DNA of 62,496 bases from an uncultured bacterium (GCA_938045955.1 CALIBK010000043.1:1-62496); one strand, 5' to 3'. Shown: positions 25,675-34,056, counted from the stretch's first letter. Numbers and translations are program-made. Notes: generated from the sequence alone by a model not told the origin.

Positions 25675-27423
25675 TTAAGCCGTGACACTCATTCCTTTCA
25701 GTCCTGATTTTCCAGTGATCAATCTCATGACCACGAGCATGGCTACCACCAGAACGATAATGATCGTGCACATGGCATTGGCACTGGCCGTTCGGCCATC
25801 GATGTCCAGAAAGATGATCTCTATGGCTGCCAGTTTAACCTTGGCAGAGACCAGAAAGATCACCGCACTGATGGTCGTCATGGCTCTCATGAAGAAGAAG
25901 GTAATATTGGAAAAGAAGGCTGTCTTCGTCAGGGGGAAGACCACTTGGGTGAAGGTCTTAATGGGATCGGCTCCTAAACTGATGGCAGCCTCCTCGATCG
26001 AACGATCAATCTGTTTCAGGTTGGCGATACTGGAGAGAGTCCCTAAGGTAAAGTTACAGATGATGATATTGATGATAATGATCCAGAAGGTTCCATAGAT
26101 AAAGAAATAGGGTTTATTGAAGGCAAGAATATATCCTAACCCCATTACCGTTCCGGGAATAGCTGCAGGAAGTACGCTCAGGGTATAAAGAATCTCTACC
26201 CCTCCGGGTCTCTTCTTTTCGATGAGATAGCCAGCGAGAAGGGTCAGGGAAGCTCCTCCGAGAGCGACCAGGACCGAGACCCAGAGGCTATTCCAGATAG
26301 GGGCATATTTATAGGCAATCAGTGATCTCCATTGTCCTTCCAATACAGAGGACCAGAATCTGGTCCACAGAGGGGCATTCCCCCCCAGAGAGGGAAAATC
26401 GAAATGTTGAAGAGTCAACGTAAAATCATAGGGCCAGGTCTTCACGAAGGAACCCAGGAACACGGTGATAAATACGATAAGAATGAATGTGGTAGGAATC
26501 CAGCAATAAATCGTAAAAGCCCATTTCTTAAAGGGTCTGGAGGGTTGAAGGAATGGGCGAGCCTGCCCACTGATCAGGGCATAACTTTTTTTGGTGAGGT
26601 AATAATTGAGCAAAAAAGCCCCCACCGAAGGAATTAGAAGAATTACACTGATCGTGGCCCCCAGGTCAAACCGTTGCATCCCGATCACCTGTTGATAGAT
26701 CTCTGTGGCAAGAACGTTGTAGTTTCCTCCGATGACCACTGGAACACCAAAATCTGTAATGGTGAGATTGAATACCAGCGCTGCTGCACTGGCAATTCCA
26801 TATTTGGCTGAGGGCAGGGTGACTTTAAAGAAGGTTCTTAAAGCGGAGGCCCCGAGGCTTTGGGCGGCTTCATCCAATCGGGTGTCCACCGCAGAGAGTG
26901 TCGTGTAGAGGATGAACAGGGCATTGGGAAAACAGTAAAGACACTCGGCCACAATGATCCCTGTGGCCCCATAAATATTCCAGTCGGTATGGAGGAGGTA
27001 ACGGGTAATCAATCCATTTCTTCCAAAGAGAAGGATGAGGGCAAGACCCTGAATAATCGAGGGGGCGATGAGAGGAAAGGTAGAAATCGTGTAAAAAATA
27101 TTCTTCCCCGGGATCGTCGTTCGGGTGAGTCCATAGGCAAAGAAGAAGGCGAAAAAGGTGGTGATCGCAGTGGTCACAAGGGAAACATAAAGACTATTGG
27201 TCAGGGATCGAAACATCCTCGGGTTTGAAAAATAGGATTGATAATTCTTGAGGGTGAAGGTTCCCCCTTTGAGAAAACTCAGTTTACAGATATCGTAGAC
27301 CGGGTAAAGCATGAAAAAAGCGAGAATGGCAAGAAGGATTCCCATCGTCATCCATACAAGCCATCGCTCGCTGCTCACGGGAGCAGAAAAGGTGAGTCCC
27401 TGACCCTCCTTCTTTAGTTTCAC
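25675..27423 (-). CDS. ABC transporter permease, duplicated (two fused BPD-type permease domains; FbpB/ThiP/PhnU-like)
   Basis: 582 aa and about 12 TM helices. There are two EAA-loop regions (LDEAAQSLGASALRTFFKVTLP and IEEAAISLGADPIKTFTQVVFP). Confidence 0.85.
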   Translation of the reverse strand: MKLKKEGQGLTFSAPVSSERWLVWMTMGILLAILAFFMLYPVYDICKLSFLKGGTFTLKNYQSYFSNPRMFRSLTNSLYVSLVTTAITTFFAFFFAYGLTRTTIPGKNIFYTISTFPLIAPSIIQGLALILLFGRNGLITRYLLHTDWNIYGATGIIVAECLYCFPNALFILYTTLSAVDTRLDEAAQSLGASALRTFFKVTLPSAKYGIASAAALVFNLTITDFGVPVVIGGNYNVLATEIYQQVIGMQRFDLGATISVILLIPSVGAFLLNYYLTKKSYALISGQARPFLQPSRPFKKWAFTIYCWIPTTFILIVFITVFLGSFVKTWPYDFTLTLQHFDFPSLGGNAPLWTRFWSSVLEGQWRSLIAYKYAPIWNSLWVSVLVALGGASLTLLAGYLIEKKRPGGVEILYTLSVLPAAIPGTVMGLGYILAFNKPYFFIYGTFWIIIINIIICNFTLGTLSSIANLKQIDRSIEEAAISLGADPIKTFTQVVFPLTKTAFFSNITFFFMRAMTTISAVIFLVSAKVKLAAIEIIFLDIDGRTASANAMCTIIIVLVVAMLVVMRLITGKSGLKGMSVTA

Positions 27424-28505
27424 CGAGACCCCTCTTCAGCAGAAAAGACCATAAAGGCCTCGGGAGGAAAATAGAGCTGGACTTCCTCCCCCTGCCTAAA
27501 CTCTCTTCGGGAGAACTCCTTTTCAATGATATCGGAGATGACCTCTTCCCCTTCCAGATGGATGGTCAATCTTACGGCAGCTCCTAAAAAAGTAATGACA
27601 TCAATTCGTCCTATAGCGAGGTTTGACCTCTCCAATCCCTCCGGGATTTCTCCTCTTCTAAAAACCTCTATTTTTTCAGGCCGGATGGCTAAAAAGACCT
27701 TCCCCTCGGGAAGGGATTCGAATCGGGCAATTTTAAAATCTCTTTTCTCCGTATGAACTCGATCTCCGTTCCGAACGCCTCGGAAGAAATTTGACGTTCC
27801 TACAAAATCGGCCACGAAACTTGAATTGGGAGATTGATAAATCTCTACGGGTCTTCCCACCTGTCGGAACTGACCTGCCTCCATGACGACTACCCGATCG
27901 GCGATCGAAAGGGCTTCTTCCTGGTCGTGGGTCACATAGATCATGGTCTTTTTGAGTTCCTGCTGGAGTCTTTTAATTTCAGCCCTGAGGCGGACCCGAA
28001 TCTTTGCATCGAGGGCACTCAAAGGCTCATCCAAGAGAAGAACCTGGGGATCAGGGGCCAGGGCTCGAACCAGAGCGACCCGCTGTTGCTGCCCCCCACT
28101 GAGTTGAGCAGGATAAAGTTTTCTCCATTCACGAAGCCCAACCAGATCCAGCATCTGATCCACTCTTTCCTCGATCTCCTTCTTCGGTCTCTTTCTCACC
28201 TTAAGGCCAAAGGCAATGTTCTCCTCCACGGTCATGTTGGGGAAAAGGGCATAGGACTGAAAAACGATCCCAAATTCCCTTTTCTGAGGAATCAGATCAT
28301 TGATCACCTTTCCATCGAAGATAATCTTCCCTTCAGTTACGGTTTCAAACCCGGTGATCATTCGTAACACGGTGGTCTTTCCGCAACCACTGGGACCCAA
28401 AAAGCAGACGAACTCCCCCTCTTCAATCTCCAGATTTACATGGTCTACAGCCGTCAGCGTCCCAAATCGTTTGGTTAAATTCTCCAATCTGAGATTTCTT
28501 CCCAT
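27420..28505 (-). CDS. ABC transporter ATP-binding protein with a C-terminal TOBE-like domain (FbpC/PotA/PhnT-like)
   Basis: Walker A GPSGCGKTT, signature LSGGQQQRVALVRAL, Walker B LLLDEPLSALD, H-loop THD. 361 aa. Confidence 0.9.
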   Translation of the reverse strand: MGRNLRLENLTKRFGTLTAVDHVNLEIEEGEFVCFLGPSGCGKTTVLRMITGFETVTEGKIIFDGKVINDLIPQKREFGIVFQSYALFPNMTVEENIAFGLKVRKRPKKEIEERVDQMLDLVGLREWRKLYPAQLSGGQQQRVALVRALAPDPQVLLLDEPLSALDAKIRVRLRAEIKRLQQELKKTMIYVTHDQEEALSIADRVVVMEAGQFRQVGRPVEIYQSPNSSFVADFVGTSNFFRGVRNGDRVHTEKRDFKIARFESLPEGKVFLAIRPEKIEVFRRGEIPEGLERSNLAIGRIDVITFLGAAVRLTIHLEGEEVISDIIEKEFSRREFRQGEEVQLYFPPEAFMVFSAEEGSR

Positions 28506-28580
28506 GGTTTCTTCCTTGACCTCGGTTTCTTCTTCTCCTTATCGAAAAATAAGATAAAAGGTGTTTAGCTATCTAAATAG

Positions 28581-28609
28581 CTTCTAATCGAATTTAGGGA
28601 AATTGTCAA
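28581..28609 (-). promoter_or_regulatory. Putative internal promoter ahead of the ABC ATPase gene (TTGACA - 17 nt - TAGAAG)
   Basis: Minus strand: TTGACA (28609-28604), 17-nt spacer, TAGAAG (28586-28581). The shared TAGATAGCTAA motif follows immediately. Confidence 0.35.
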
Positions 28610-28610
28610 T

Positions 28611-28643
28611 AAAAAGGGGCACCCCCGCCTTTCGGAGTGCCCC
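28611..28643 (-). terminator. Intrinsic terminator/attenuator hairpin after the substrate-binding protein gene
   Basis: Minus strand: GGGGCAC - 13-nt loop - GTGCCCC followed by TTTTTATT. This matches the usual arrangement that gives excess SBP transcript. Confidence 0.55.
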
Positions 28644-28661
28644 TTAGAGATTCCTTTCCGA

Positions 28662-29672
28662 TCATCTCAGGAAGAGACTCTCCCATTTCTTAAGGATGGC
28701 ATCACGATTCTTCGCCTGCCAGGCAAAATCCATGGGATAGAGTTTAATTTCAGAAAGTTTCGGGAGGTCCGGTCGGGTAGGAATGCCTGGTAGAGTGACT
28801 CCATATTTAAATTTAGCATACTCCTTCATGGCATTCTCACTGATGGCCCAATCCAGGAATCGTTTAGCCGCCTTGGGATTTTTTGCTCCCTTCATCAGGG
28901 CATTGGCCTCTATTTCATAACCTGCCCCTTCGATAGGGAAGACAAACTCTACGGGGAATCCCAATTTTTTCTGCTCGGCCACCACGAAATCGAAAGAACA
29001 TCCCACGGCGAACTCTCCCTGGGCGGTCATTTTGGCAGGTCTCGATCCGCTCTTGATATACTGACCAATGTTTTTATCTAACTTTTTTAAGAACTCCCAG
29101 CCATCCTCTTTTCCTTCCTTGGCCCCATACATCTGGAGGATACTTGAGACTTGTAAGAATCCTGTCCCAGAGGCCACAGGATTTGGCATGGCGATGAGTC
29201 CTTTAAATTTTGGATTCAGCAGATCATTCCAGCCCTTGGGCATAGGAAGATCCTTTTCTTTCATCACCTTGGTGTTCACACAGAAGGCAGCAATATACAT
29301 GTCAATCCCTACATAATAGTATTCAGGATGAACAAATCGCTTTTCTAACTTTTCCACTCCTTTGGGTTTATAGGGCTCGAGCATATTTAAGGGAATAAAC
29401 TGCTCCATATTGGTTACGGCCCATCCCCAGATGCAATCCGCCTGAGGATTGTCTTTTTCAGCCAACATCCTGGCTCCCAATTCACCGGTGGAGAGTCGAA
29501 TGATATCAATTTCGAGATCCGGTAAATCTTTTCGGGCAACCTCCAAATACTTCACAATCTCATCGGTCTCAAGAGAGGTATAAACGGTCACTTTTTCTTT
29601 GGCCAGCCCCACGCCTGCCAAGAATAAACCCATCACGAAACTTATCACCAAAACCGTCCATTTTCTCTTCAT
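28662..29672 (-). CDS. Periplasmic substrate-binding protein, family 1 (FbpA/ThiB/PhnS-like)
   Basis: Signal peptide MKRKWTVLVISFVMGLFLAGVGLA. VTVYTSLE...PQADCIWGWA pattern of the Fe3+/thiamine/2-aminoethylphosphonate SBP clade. The substrate cannot be assigned from sequence. Confidence 0.8.
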   Translation of the reverse strand: MKRKWTVLVISFVMGLFLAGVGLAKEKVTVYTSLETDEIVKYLEVARKDLPDLEIDIIRLSTGELGARMLAEKDNPQADCIWGWAVTNMEQFIPLNMLEPYKPKGVEKLEKRFVHPEYYYVGIDMYIAAFCVNTKVMKEKDLPMPKGWNDLLNPKFKGLIAMPNPVASGTGFLQVSSILQMYGAKEGKEDGWEFLKKLDKNIGQYIKSGSRPAKMTAQGEFAVGCSFDFVVAEQKKLGFPVEFVFPIEGAGYEIEANALMKGAKNPKAAKRFLDWAISENAMKEYAKFKYGVTLPGIPTRPDLPKLSEIKLYPMDFAWQAKNRDAILKKWESLFLR

Positions 29673-29773
29673 TCCATTACCCTCCTTTCAAATTTTAAAT
29701 TAATGATTTACCCGAATTCCTCTTATTTTTCCTATCTCTTCCCCCACCTCCTTTCTTTTTTAATCACCACCTT

Positions 29774-29802
29774 TTTATATCTAAGTCTCCTTTCTTTGTC
29801 AA
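29774..29802 (-). promoter_or_regulatory. Putative promoter of the ABC transporter operon (TTGACA - 17 nt - TATAAA)
   Basis: Minus strand: TTGACA (29802-29797, overlapping the HAD gene stop codon), 17-nt spacer, TATAAA (29779-29774). Confidence 0.4.
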
Positions 29803-30590
29803 CCTTTGGCTGGATCCTCGGCCCAACAGATAAATTTCAGTTCTCTGATAGAGTAGACGACAAGGTCTGCAACCCTCTCTAACTCCTCCTTCGGGGTCAC
29901 CCCACCCTCCAGGACTCCAATGGTTAAGGCAACCCCTGCCTGCCTCCCCATCATCATATCCGTCACCGAGTCCCCGATCATAATGGTCTCATGAGGAGTC
30001 ACATTAAGTTTCCGACAGATGGAATAGATGGTCTCGGGATGGGGTTTGGGTTGGCTCACCTCCCCTGAACAAAGAACCATATCAAATAGATCTTCCAATT
30101 TGAGATTGCGTAGGATGGCCTCTGTATCCTTTCGCTCATCAGAGGTTGCCAGTGCGGTTAAAAATCCATTCTTTCTTAAATGGCAAAGAAAGGTTCGAAT
30201 TCCATTGATAGGAACCACCTTTTTTCTCCAATCTTCGTCGGAATCGGCTTCATCAAAAGCCTGGGTGACGAGCAGTTTTGCCTCATCCCATGGATATCCG
30301 TGTTGATAGAGAGCCATTGTTCCGATGACAATCTCATCGGAGCGGGGTGAAATCGGACAGGGACCCCTGGGGTCCACCCTTCCCGAGACTGGATCAATCC
30401 CCCAGGCCTTCAATAAATAATGCCTTAATGGCCCATTCCTCCCCAGTCTTTTTAAAACGAAGTCGACCCTTTTTCGAATCAAAGGAACCCAGGTAGCCGT
30501 GAAATCAATCAGCGTCCCATCTTTGTCGAAGATAATAAGCCGACAGGGAATCTTCCGTCCTTGATATTCAATCCCTCTCATCTTGATCAC
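29799..30590 (-). CDS. HAD-superfamily hydrolase, subfamily IA (phosphoglycolate phosphatase-like)
   Basis: Motif I FDKDGTLID, motif II ATSD, motif III KPHP, motif IV GDSVTDMMMG. Confidence 0.8.
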   Translation of the reverse strand: MIKMRGIEYQGRKIPCRLIIFDKDGTLIDFTATWVPLIRKRVDFVLKRLGRNGPLRHYLLKAWGIDPVSGRVDPRGPCPISPRSDEIVIGTMALYQHGYPWDEAKLLVTQAFDEADSDEDWRKKVVPINGIRTFLCHLRKNGFLTALATSDERKDTEAILRNLKLEDLFDMVLCSGEVSQPKPHPETIYSICRKLNVTPHETIMIGDSVTDMMMGRQAGVALTIGVLEGGVTPKEELERVADLVVYSIRELKFICWAEDPAKG

Positions 30591-30605
30591 TCTCCCATTT
30601 TCAAA

Positions 30606-30633
30606 AACATATCATACCCATGGTTCCTGTCAA
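30606..30633 (-). promoter_or_regulatory. Putative promoter of the HAD hydrolase gene (TTGACA - 16 nt - TATGTT)
   Basis: Minus strand: TTGACA (30633-30628), TATGTT (30611-30606). Confidence 0.35.
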
Positions 30634-30694
30634 TATCTCTACCAAAAATGAAGATGATATGTTAAATCTAATTCCCAATCCATTAAAATAGGTT

Positions 30695-30945
30695 TCTATG
30701 CGTAATCCCTCACCGAAGGGTGGAAATCATTTTAGCCTGACAGGGGTATTTCCGAAACCCTGAGAACGCGGAGGGGTTCAGTATAAAATGGAATACGAAA
30801 CGATTCACTATAAAAATGGGTTTCTCATCAAAGCGGATTGAGCCTGAGAGCTTTAGGGGCAATTTAAGGTTCCCGCACTCAGGTTTTCTCCAATACCCCT
30901 ATCAGGCCTATTCCCCACCCATCGCTGATGGATTACTTCTATGCC
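30695..30945. repeat. ~240-bp imperfect palindromic repeat element (two ~85-nt inverted arms around an ~85-nt centre), full copy
   Basis: Left arm 30702-30780 (..GTAATCCCTCACCGAAGGGTGGAAATCATTTTAGCCTGACAGGGGTATTTCCGAAACCCTGAGAACGCGGAGGGGTT). Its inverted partner is 30866-30936 (AAGGTTCCCGCACTCAGGTTTTCTCCAATACCCCTATCAGGCCTATTCCCCACCCATCGCTGATGGATTAC). The arms are about 75% complementary by eye. Confidence 0.8.
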
Positions 30946-30968
30946 CTATCCCCTAAATGGAGGAAAAG

Positions 30969-32900
30969 ATGATCGGAAGAAGATTTGAGGCTGAAAAGTT
31001 AGACGATTCATCCATCGAGAGATTAAAAAGGCTTTCTCTCTTAGCTCGAGGGGACATCCTAAAAATGACCACCCTGGCAGGTTCTGGCCATCCAGGGGGA
31101 TCGATGTCCTCGATCGATTTCTATCTGGTCCTTTACTCTTATGCCGGGGTGGACCCCCGATCTCCTTATCACCCTGATCGAGACCGAATCGTGATCAGCC
31201 ATGGGCACACCTCGCCAGGAGCTTATGCTGCGCTGGGAAGAATAGGTTTTTTCCCTGTCGAAGCCGCCATTGTGAATTTTAGAAGGGCAGGCTCCGCCTT
31301 TGAGGGACATGTGGAGAAAGGTGTACCAGGAATCGAATGGAATACGGGAAATTTAGGTCAGGGACTCTCTGCCGGATGTGGCTTTGCCCTCGCCTCGAAG
31401 CTATTGGGGAGAGGTTTTCATGTCTTTGTGACAATGGGGTGCGGGGAGCAACAGAAAGGACAGATCTCCGAAGCCAGAAGATTCGCTGTGAAATACGATC
31501 TTCATAATCTCACTGTGATTATCGATTATAACAACCGACAGATCAGCGGGATCACCTGCGAGATCATGCCTCAGAATATAGCGAAGAATTATGAATCGGA
31601 TGGATGGGAGGTCATCGAGATCGACGGTCATCAATTCCAGGAGATCTACGAAGCCTTGCGAAAGGCCACCCTTTCCAATCGACCTGTCATGATTCTTGCC
31701 CATACCATTATGGGGAAAGGGGTTTCTTTTATGGAAGGGAAGGAAGAGTATCATGGACGGGCCCTGAGCTATGAAGAATTTCAAAAAGCGATGATGGAGT
31801 TGGGATTGGAGGATGACCTATCCTATTACCGTCAGATGCGTGAAAAAGGGGAATTCTTTTTGCCACCTCAGAAATATCCCATAGAAATCCCCACGATTGA
31901 AACGGGGAGCCCAAGAACCTATGGAAAAGACCAGAAATTGGATAATCGATCCGCCTTTGGAAACGTCCTGGTGGATCTGGGATCTGTGAATCTTCGTAAA
32001 GATGGAACTCTCCCCTTGGTGGTGTTCGACTGTGATCTGGCCCCCTCCACCAAAACCAGTGCCTTTGGCAGAGAGTTCCCATCCTATTTCTTTCAAGGAG
32101 GGATCCAGGAACATAACACGGCAACGATCGCCGGAGCTATCTCTACGGTGAATTTCATCTCCTTCTTTGCAGAGTTCGGGGTCTTCGGGGTAGATGAGAC
32201 CTATAATCAGCATCGGCTCAATGATATAAATGGAACCAATTTAAAACTCATCTGTACCCACAATGGGCTCGATGTCGGGGAGGATGGAAATACTCATCAG
32301 TGTATCGATTATATCGGGGTGATGCGAAATCTCTTCGGATACAAAATTATTCTTCCCGCCGATCCAAATCAGACAGACCGGGTGATTCGATATGTGGCCA
32401 GGACCCCCGGGAACTTCCTGGTCGCGATGGGTCGTTCTCCAGCTCCCATCATTCTTTCGGAAGAGGGAACTCCCTATTTCGGAACTCCATATGAGTTTCA
32501 ATATGGAAAAGCTGACCTGGTTCGTCAAGGGAGAGATGGCGCCATTCTAACGACGGGTGGAATGCTTTATCGTGCCATTCAAGCGTGGGAAATATTGAAG
32601 GAAGAGGGGGTAGAGGTCCAGATCCTTTATCTCTCCTGCTTGAGTGATCTGGACAGAGAAGCTATCCTCAATGCCTGTCAGACAGGAGTGGTAGTGACCT
32701 ATGAAGATCATCATGTAGAGACCGGTCTGGGAAACCTCATCGGAAGTTTCATAGCGGAACAGGGTCTACCCATTCGTTTCCATAAGATGGGAATCATTTC
32801 CTATGGAAGTTCTGGAAAACCGGATGACCTCTATCGGATGCAGGGGTTAGATGTAGAGAGTCTCGTTCACACGGTTCTCTACGAAATAAGAAGGATTTAG
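30969..32900 (+). CDS. tkt: Transketolase (N- and C-terminal halves fused in one polypeptide)
   Basis: ORF track gives 30957..32900; the ATG at 30969 follows GGAGGA. Motifs SGHPGGSMS, GHTSPGAYA, GNLGQGLS and GEQQKGQISEA (TPP-binding), plus the C-terminal pyrimidine-binding/transketolase_C part. Confidence 0.88.
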   Translation: MIGRRFEAEKLDDSSIERLKRLSLLARGDILKMTTLAGSGHPGGSMSSIDFYLVLYSYAGVDPRSPYHPDRDRIVISHGHTSPGAYAALGRIGFFPVEAAIVNFRRAGSAFEGHVEKGVPGIEWNTGNLGQGLSAGCGFALASKLLGRGFHVFVTMGCGEQQKGQISEARRFAVKYDLHNLTVIIDYNNRQISGITCEIMPQNIAKNYESDGWEVIEIDGHQFQEIYEALRKATLSNRPVMILAHTIMGKGVSFMEGKEEYHGRALSYEEFQKAMMELGLEDDLSYYRQMREKGEFFLPPQKYPIEIPTIETGSPRTYGKDQKLDNRSAFGNVLVDLGSVNLRKDGTLPLVVFDCDLAPSTKTSAFGREFPSYFFQGGIQEHNTATIAGAISTVNFISFFAEFGVFGVDETYNQHRLNDINGTNLKLICTHNGLDVGEDGNTHQCIDYIGVMRNLFGYKIILPADPNQTDRVIRYVARTPGNFLVAMGRSPAPIILSEEGTPYFGTPYEFQYGKADLVRQGRDGAILTTGGMLYRAIQAWEILKEEGVEVQILYLSCLSDLDREAILNACQTGVVVTYEDHHVETGLGNLIGSFIAEQGLPIRFHKMGIISYGSSGKPDDLYRMQGLDVESLVHTVLYEIRRI

Positions 32901-32912
32901 AAAATACCCTCT

Positions 32913-33977
32913 ATGGCGATAGACCTTTTAATTTTCGATATGGATGGCGTTTTGATCGATGTCTCGAACTCTTATCGTCAAACCATTCTTAGGAGTATCG
33001 AACTTTACCTCAAATTGGGCTTGGGTTTTGAAAAGGTAGAAAGGTTGGTGACGGAGGAAGAGGTCTCTCTGTTTAAACTGGTGGGAGGATTCAATAATGA
33101 TTGGGATTTAACTTCAGGTATCCTCCTGTATCTCATCTCTCTCTCAGGCCTTCCTCCCTGCAAAAACAGGAAACACTTCATTCGTATCCAAGACGTCGTT
33201 TCTTTCTTGCAAGAAAGATCTAAAGGATTTCCGAGGGATATCGAAAGGCTCCATGATGAATATAAAAATAACCTCAACCCTTTTTTAAAAAAAGTAAAAG
33301 GTTATAAAGGAGGTTTAAAAGGAGTTCGTCTGGCCTTGAAGCACTCTTGGGAAGGGTGGCTCTATCATCAGGGAGATTTAAATCAGGAGAACCTTGTTCA
33401 GAGAATCTTCCAGGAGGTTTATCTTGGAGATAAATTTCCCTCTTATTATCACCTTCCTCTCCTCTTTTACCACGGAAAAGGACTTTATTTAAAAGAGAGG
33501 CTTCTTTTCCCAAGAAGGATCCTCTCACGCCTTCGACGAAAGATCCCAATGGGAATTGCAAGTGGAAGACCCAGAGCAGAGGCTGAGCTTGCCCTAAAAA
33601 GGTTCCGGATCGAGCCCTACTTCGATTATATGGTGACCTTCGAGAGTTGCAGAGAGGAAGAGGAGAGATTCTATCTCTCTACAGGGAAAAGAAAATCCTT
33701 TTCAAAACCTCATCCTTACTCCCTCTTTCGTGTGATTGAAGAGGCGGGCCTTTTCTCTCCCAGATGCGCCTATGTGGGAGATTCCGTAGACGATATGAGG
33801 GCCGCTCAAGAGGCCAAAAAGAAACTAAGGATCCTGGCCATTGGATATATTGGCTCTTCATCCCAAAAACGATTATCCAGAGAATCACTTCTTCAGGCCG
33901 GTGCGGATTTCGTCATCTCCCAACCCGAACATCTTTTGAGATGGATGGATGAGAATGAGAGGGGATGGGAGACCTGA
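32913..33977 (+). CDS. HAD-superfamily hydrolase with an unusually large (~180 aa) cap insertion
   Basis: Motif I FDMDGVLIDV, motif II ASGR, motif III KPHP, motif IV GDSVDDMRAA. 354 aa, 12 nt downstream of tkt. Confidence 0.7.
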   Translation: MAIDLLIFDMDGVLIDVSNSYRQTILRSIELYLKLGLGFEKVERLVTEEEVSLFKLVGGFNNDWDLTSGILLYLISLSGLPPCKNRKHFIRIQDVVSFLQERSKGFPRDIERLHDEYKNNLNPFLKKVKGYKGGLKGVRLALKHSWEGWLYHQGDLNQENLVQRIFQEVYLGDKFPSYYHLPLLFYHGKGLYLKERLLFPRRILSRLRRKIPMGIASGRPRAEAELALKRFRIEPYFDYMVTFESCREEEERFYLSTGKRKSFSKPHPYSLFRVIEEAGLFSPRCAYVGDSVDDMRAAQEAKKKLRILAIGYIGSSSQKRLSRESLLQAGADFVISQPEHLLRWMDENERGWET

Positions 33978-33987
33978 GAATGTTGTA

Positions 33988-34016
33988 TTGACATTCTTAA
34001 AGTTTTCCTTTATAAG
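33988..34016 (+). promoter_or_regulatory. Putative promoter of the pit-DUF47 pair (TTGACA - 17 nt - TATAAG)
   Basis: TTGACA at 33988-33993, TATAAG at 34011-34016. An inverted repeat AAGCTGT/ACAGCTT follows directly. Confidence 0.45.
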
Positions 34017-34056
34017 CTGTCTAAACAGTTAAACAGCTTAAATTCAACGAAGTAGG

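Noticed and set aside
29799-30590. Calling the HAD hydrolase PhnX (phosphonoacetaldehyde hydrolase), the aminotransferase at 23711-24817 PhnW, and hence the locus a 2-aminoethylphosphonate pathway.
   Set aside because: The aminotransferase shows HisC-family (class I/II) motifs, not class V PhnW motifs. The HAD has a generic FDKDGT motif rather than the PhnX-type DWAGT context. The SBP clade cannot be resolved by eye. The idea is kept only as an analogy in the locus finding.
30733-30912. Possible TPP riboswitch upstream of transketolase, because of the CCCTGAGAA / CCTGAGAG / GGGGTAT strings.
   Set aside because: The order of motifs does not match the THI-box. There is no ACCTGATCTGGATAATGCCAGCG-like segment. 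The CUGAGA-containing strings are simply the two inverted arms of a repeat that also occurs at 62407-62496 and 54885-54934, next to unrelated genes.
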